DNA from: a virus
Taxonomy: Duplodnaviria; Heunggongvirae; Uroviricota; Caudoviricetes
Reading direction: 5' to 3' (one strand)
DNA length: 54,214 nt
Virus record (IMG/VR): IMGVR_UViG_2513237368_000009
In this document: positions 50,294 through 54,214 of the stretch, piece after piece
Position numbering within the stretch: position 1 is the stretch's first letter
Layout of the letters: every line of letters begins with the position of its first letter
The notes under the pieces: model-generated
What the model saw: the letters and a program-made list of their open reading frames with translations, nothing else
The model's database searches: none
Told to the model about the DNA's origin: nothing
Program-made: the position numbers and the translations under genes

Positions 50294-50578
50294 ATGATAA
50301 AGAATTTTGCTGACAAGGAAACAGAGAAAATATACAATGGTAATTTTTCAAAAAAGCTGCCTCAAAATATTCAGAAAAGAGCTTTGACCAAACTTATGAT
50401 GATCGAAAGCTCAATGAACATTAATGATTTACGTGTGCCACCATCGAACCACTTAGAAAAACTGGTGGGAGATAGAGAGGGGCAATACAGCATAGCAATT
50501 AATGATCAATATAGAATTTGTTTTACACTTGAAGATATGAATGATTTCTATGATGTAGAGATAGTAGATTATCATTAA
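50294..50578 (+). CDS. higB: HigB/RelE-family toxin
   Basis: MIKNFADKETEKIYNG...DLRVPPSNHLEKLVGDREGQYSIAINDQYRICF. Confidence 0.93.
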   Translation: MIKNFADKETEKIYNGNFSKKLPQNIQKRALTKLMMIESSMNINDLRVPPSNHLEKLVGDREGQYSIAINDQYRICFTLEDMNDFYDVEIVDYH

Positions 50579-50592
50579 AGGAGAGATATATT

Positions 50593-50889
50593 ATGGAGAA
50601 AATTCCAACACCAAAAATGAGTGAAATTTTAAAAGAAGAATTTATGCAACCATTAAATCTGACCGCATATTCTTTAGCAAAAAATATAAATGTTCCTGTA
50701 TCTAGGATTCAGGATATAGTACATGACCGTAGAAAGATTACGGTAGATACTTCCGTAAGATTAGGAAGATTTTTGGGTACGTCTGATCAATATTTTTTAA
50801 ATATACAGAATGATATTGATCTAAGAAATGCAAAAAATGACAATAGCGAGGATTACGATAAAATAAAAAATTTCCAGCCTTTATGCTAG
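50593..50889 (+). CDS. higA: HigA-family antitoxin
   Basis: EILKEEFMQPLNLTAYSLAKNINVPVSRIQDIVHDRRKITVDTSVRLGRFLG. Confidence 0.93.
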   Translation: MEKIPTPKMSEILKEEFMQPLNLTAYSLAKNINVPVSRIQDIVHDRRKITVDTSVRLGRFLGTSDQYFLNIQNDIDLRNAKNDNSEDYDKIKNFQPLC

Positions 50890-50898
50890 TAATTTAAA

Positions 50899-50927
50899 AA
50901 TAGGGTTACCAAAAACCTTATTTTTTT
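50899..50927 (+). terminator. Intrinsic terminator after higA
   Basis: AATAGGGTT-ACCAAA-AACCTTATT plus a T-run. Confidence 0.7.
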
Positions 50928-50973
50928 ATTGTAATAGTAGTAATATTGACATAAAATTTAGGAGTGAAGTCGA

Positions 50974-51702
50974 GTGAAAAAAAGAATTGCAAAGAAAAAA
51001 TATTCAGTAGAAAAGAAAAATGATTATCTGAAGTTTATACATGAATTGGGAGACATTGTACTCACACACTACTTTGATAATCCAGTTTGGCGACCACACG
51101 ATTACGATAATTATGAAAAACTGTTCAGGATCAACATGTACATAAGGCAAATTTCTTGTACTATTAAGCCAAGAAATTTTAATGACGTGTATAAGATTGG
51201 TCTGTTTGTCGGAAGAGATGAACAAGACAATATCACGTATCGCCTCTATTTAGACACTCTTGATGCAGCAGATTTTACAAGATATGATGAGAGCCTGTTG
51301 ACTATTGAGGGCGTTTTTGAACCAAACCATCTCAAATACGATATCGCAACTATCAAGGACTATATGTTACTTCATTATCTGGAAGATAAAAAAGAAATTC
51401 TTGGCCGTAGTACAGAAGATATTAATAATTTCAATAAAATTATTGACAATATTATTGAAGCAAAGAAGTGTGTCGGTGCTTCGGAAGTTGGTATCAAAGT
51501 AGAAAAGAATGCGAGTCCCGACATGGAATTATTCTTTTATGGGGTATCTAGTGAAGAGGGCGATAAGTTATCAGATATAATATATGGAGATAATTATTGG
51601 AAAAAATTTAGTAATTTTTATCATTCTGTAGAATATACCTTCTCTTATGAGGAAAGAAGAATGCGTAAAAGTGATCAAGGTAATTATCAATATATCTTAT
51701 AG
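50974..51702 (+). CDS. Hypothetical protein
   Basis: 242 aa, GTG start, AGGAG RBS. Confidence 0.65.
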   Translation: MKKRIAKKKYSVEKKNDYLKFIHELGDIVLTHYFDNPVWRPHDYDNYEKLFRINMYIRQISCTIKPRNFNDVYKIGLFVGRDEQDNITYRLYLDTLDAADFTRYDESLLTIEGVFEPNHLKYDIATIKDYMLLHYLEDKKEILGRSTEDINNFNKIIDNIIEAKKCVGASEVGIKVEKNASPDMELFFYGVSSEEGDKLSDIIYGDNYWKKFSNFYHSVEYTFSYEERRMRKSDQGNYQYIL

Positions 51703-51728
51703 TAGTAATATTGACATGGAGGAATAAA

Positions 51729-52004
51729 ATGATAACGAAAAAGTATTACACAAAGTGCAAATTGTGTGGTAAAGAAATCAATATCACTAGTGGAAATGCG
51801 GTGTTTGATCGTCACTTATCGACTCACAATAATCCGATAGGCAGAAATTGTAATCAATGGTATAAAGACTATTTCAAACGGGACAAACACACTTGTGTAT
51901 GTAAATTATGTGATAAGGAATTTTACCATGATAATTTATATTCTTGGTCTAGTGAGCAGTATGTTAAGCATCTAAAAAATGAACATAGTATTACAAAAAA
52001 TTAG
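51729..52004 (+). CDS. Small protein with two C2H2-like zinc fingers
   Basis: CKLC-x15-HLSTH and CKLC-x19-HLKNEH; GGAGG RBS. Confidence 0.6.
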   Translation: MITKKYYTKCKLCGKEINITSGNAVFDRHLSTHNNPIGRNCNQWYKDYFKRDKHTCVCKLCDKEFYHDNLYSWSSEQYVKHLKNEHSITKN

Positions 52005-52036
52005 CAACATGAAAAAGAATTTTTAGGAGGAAAAGT

Positions 52037-52720
52037 ATGAGATATGACAATGTAGGTAAGATAGTTGTAAATAGAGTAACAGGACGTGAGCGTTTAGTAG
52101 GAGAAGAATTTGACGCTAATTCTTTTGTATCTATTACACTTTATGGTGGCAACGTTGTTAAAGACGGAATCACAGGTCGTGATGAAATCTTTAACAATTT
52201 GTCGGATAGAATAGTGGAGCTAGAGCTTTCTCCGAGACAGTGGGGAGAATTTGTGAGTTCTTTTGGTGTTGGCTGTGGTACTACTTGCACAATTAGAAGT
52301 GCTACTGGTCGTAAGATTGAAAATAAATATGTTACACCTAATTCATTAGAGCGAAGTGAACATACTATTAACCATGTTTTAAATGAAAAATTAAAAGATT
52401 TTTCTGAAAAACAAGAAGTCATAGAAGAAATTCTTGAAAAAAAAAGTATTGGAAAAGCAGATAGAGAAAAATTAGGAGCATTGTATGCTGACTTTGATAA
52501 TTTTCTATCTTCCACAATTCCATATATTAAGCAGAATTTAAGAGAAGAAGCTGATGATGTTTTAAGTAGTGCAGAGACACAATTTAAGCATGATCTTAAT
52601 CTTATTACAAACCAATATGGGGAAAGAACTATTAGTGAAAAAGTTAAAAATTGGGAGAATGGAGCGCTAGATGTGATATCGGAACATGGTTCATCGGAGG
52701 TTGAGAACGTATGGGGATAA
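52037..52720 (+). CDS. Hypothetical protein
   Basis: AGGAGG RBS, 227 aa. Confidence 0.65.
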   Translation: MRYDNVGKIVVNRVTGRERLVGEEFDANSFVSITLYGGNVVKDGITGRDEIFNNLSDRIVELELSPRQWGEFVSSFGVGCGTTCTIRSATGRKIENKYVTPNSLERSEHTINHVLNEKLKDFSEKQEVIEEILEKKSIGKADREKLGALYADFDNFLSSTIPYIKQNLREEADDVLSSAETQFKHDLNLITNQYGERTISEKVKNWENGALDVISEHGSSEVENVWG

Positions 52721-52977
52721 AAAGATTTATTAATTATATAAGAGCTATGCGAAAGATAGATTCGCTCATAGAGAAAGGTTGGAATATAACCTATGAGATA
52801 GTTGATCAAAAAGAGAATGGTACTAAGGATATTACAGGTGTCGATTACACAGTCTCATCTTATGTGGAATCGCCAGAAATGAATCCATATGAAGGCTCTT
52901 ATTTGGACTGTTATCAGGCTTCATTTAATACGCTCGAAGAAATGTATATATGGTTGGCAGACAATATAAAGGAGTGA
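52711..52977 (+). CDS. Hypothetical protein
   Basis: 88 aa, overlaps the upstream stop. Confidence 0.6.
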   Translation: MGIKRFINYIRAMRKIDSLIEKGWNITYEIVDQKENGTKDITGVDYTVSSYVESPEMNPYEGSYLDCYQASFNTLEEMYIWLADNIKE

Positions 52978-52982
52978 TAACT

Positions 52983-53357
52983 TTGAGTGAATATAGAAAA
53001 CTTGGACAGAAAGAATTACTTTCAATAAATATTCTTCTTGATACAGGAGAACCCGATGATTGGTTCCCAGTTTTTACAAAGTTATTTGGTAATGGAGTTT
53101 GCGCACAATTCTTTGATGAGAAAGACAATTGTGACGAGTATTGCCCTCTAAGGATAAGATTGAGTGACGAAAATGGTTACAGAACCTTAACAATCGAACA
53201 GTTGCTAACGTTACAGATTAGAATGAAAAATGAATATGACGGACGTTGGTATTGGTGTCCTGTATTTGTTAGAGGTAGGAACGGTATATATCTTAATTTC
53301 TTTGATGGGGAAGACGAAAAGGATTGTAAGAGAATGCTAAGAATAAAAGAATTTTAG
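52983..53357 (+). CDS. Hypothetical protein
   Basis: TTG start with AAGGAG RBS. Confidence 0.6.
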   Translation: MSEYRKLGQKELLSINILLDTGEPDDWFPVFTKLFGNGVCAQFFDEKDNCDEYCPLRIRLSDENGYRTLTIEQLLTLQIRMKNEYDGRWYWCPVFVRGRNGIYLNFFDGEDEKDCKRMLRIKEF

Positions 53358-53367
53358 GGGGTAAAAT

Positions 53368-53661
53368 ATGAGTCCAATTGATTTTGCTGAAAGATTTGAG
53401 GTAGTAGAAGTCACAAAGAACATTGAAGAGAGAGTTGACTTACGATCTCTAAAAGAAATTCCTAGTGATTACTTTGATAATGTACCAGCGTTAATCTGTG
53501 AGATTCCAAACATGGCAGATGAGAATAAGAAAGTAGAAACAAACTATGGTAAAGCCGTATATTCCTATGATGTTTACGACAATAAGAATGACAATTTTAT
53601 CAAAACTGGAATGACATTAGCACAATTAGTTACCTTCATTGTTGAAAGTACAAAAGAATAA
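53368..53661 (+). CDS. Hypothetical protein
   Basis: AGGGGG RBS, 97 aa. Confidence 0.65.
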   Translation: MSPIDFAERFEVVEVTKNIEERVDLRSLKEIPSDYFDNVPALICEIPNMADENKKVETNYGKAVYSYDVYDNKNDNFIKTGMTLAQLVTFIVESTKE

Positions 53662-53668
53662 TATATTA

Positions 53669-53696
53669 AACCACTTTATAGTGGCTTTTTTATTTT
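53669..53696 (+). terminator. Intrinsic terminator
   Basis: CCACT-TTAT-AGTGG plus a T-run. Confidence 0.6.
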
Positions 53697-53746
53697 AATT
53701 ATAATTCAATTTAATACTTGACTAAAATACTAAATTGAATTATAAT
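53697..53746 (+). promoter_or_regulatory. sigmaA promoter with inverted-repeat operator
   Basis: TTGACT(53718)-N17-TATAAT(53741) bracketed by TTATAATTCAATTTA / TAAATTGAATTATAA. Confidence 0.7.
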
Positions 53747-53778
53747 TAAAATAAATCAAGGGGAATGAGGTATATAGC

Positions 53779-54214
53779 ATGAGTTCTGATAAAAGCGACA
53801 CATTGGAATTACTAATTGAATTTAAAAAGAAATTTACAAGCTAGGCTTAGAAAAAACACCATCAAAAACATTGTATCAAGAAAAATATACGAGAGGAGCA
53901 GCTCCATCTCCAACTACCTTGTTGAACAGAACAGGTAAGACATGGAAAGAGATCTTAGAGCTGATAGGTATAAAAGATTTCAAGAGGGTCAAAGTTAGAG
54001 ATACTAGCAACATGGGAAGACCAGAGAAGGTATATGACATTGAGAAAAATGTTGTTAGGCAACAGTTGGAAGAGTTTTTTAAGGTAAACAGAAACGTTAA
54101 GACTCAAAAGGAATTTAAAGAGCTGCTGAAACAAGATAAGAATATGCCTTCATTTGGTAAGATTTACAATTATGGGTACAATTGGAGTTATATCAAAGAA
54201 AACATATTGAAAGT
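53779..54214 (+). pseudogene. Frameshifted gene with a homing-endonuclease-associated-repeat-like motif (truncated by the window edge)
   Basis: ATG 53779 frame stops at 53844. The -1 frame from the A-run at 53824-53828 reads KEIYKLGLEKTPSKTLYQ...PSPTTLLNRTGKTWKEILELIG and stays open to the window end. Confidence 0.55.

Larger units (their letters stand above)
41341..52024 (+). repeat. Dispersed AAAGAATTTTT(AG) repeat, 16 exact copies, all on the + strand
   Basis: Copies near 41341, 42152, 42425, 43628, 44125, 44480, 45116, 45184, 46257, 46299, 46658, 47087, 47825, 48434, 50148 and 52012; variants at 43075, 47118, 49739 and 53345. Confidence 0.88.

Noticed and set aside
41341-52024. CRISPR array interpretation of the dispersed repeats
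   Set aside because: Spacing is irregular (tens to thousands of bp), the intervening DNA is protein-coding, and there are no cas genes.

Overview
AT-rich window from a large SPbeta-like Firmicutes siphophage, probably infecting lactic acid bacteria, that appears to be maintained as a phage-plasmid. (i) 1-29.9 kb, minus strand, morphogenesis: terminase, portal, protease/scaffold, capsid, head-tail proteins, FN3-decorated tail tube, a 2106-aa modular fibre with a C-terminal chaperone domain, a holin-like protein, a tyrosine recombinase, and a >2460-aa tape measure gene that runs off the left edge and is split by a 271-nt ORF-less group I intron. (ii) 29.6-37.9 kb, regulation and replication: HU, a sigma-r4-like protein, a wHTH protein with adjacent repeats, a UvrD helicase, a RepA_N initiator with a probable antisense RNA, and ParA plus a small partner flanked by palindromic sites. 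(iii) 38.3-40.3 kb, non-coding: a strand-skew switch, four tandem strong sigmaA promoters, an rrn boxA-like motif and a ~500-nt highly structured ORF-free segment. (iv) 40.3-54.2 kb, plus strand: small early genes (ArdA-like, HigBA, zinc finger, many unknowns). These are punctuated by 8 covarying, anticodon-less tRNA-like elements, each just upstream of a gene start, and 16 exact copies of AAAGAATTTTT. An operator-like motif, ATAGTAGTAATATT, recurs across both arms. The tRNA-mimic-punctuated early operon is the most novel-looking system. All calls were made by eye; no searches or folding programs were run.
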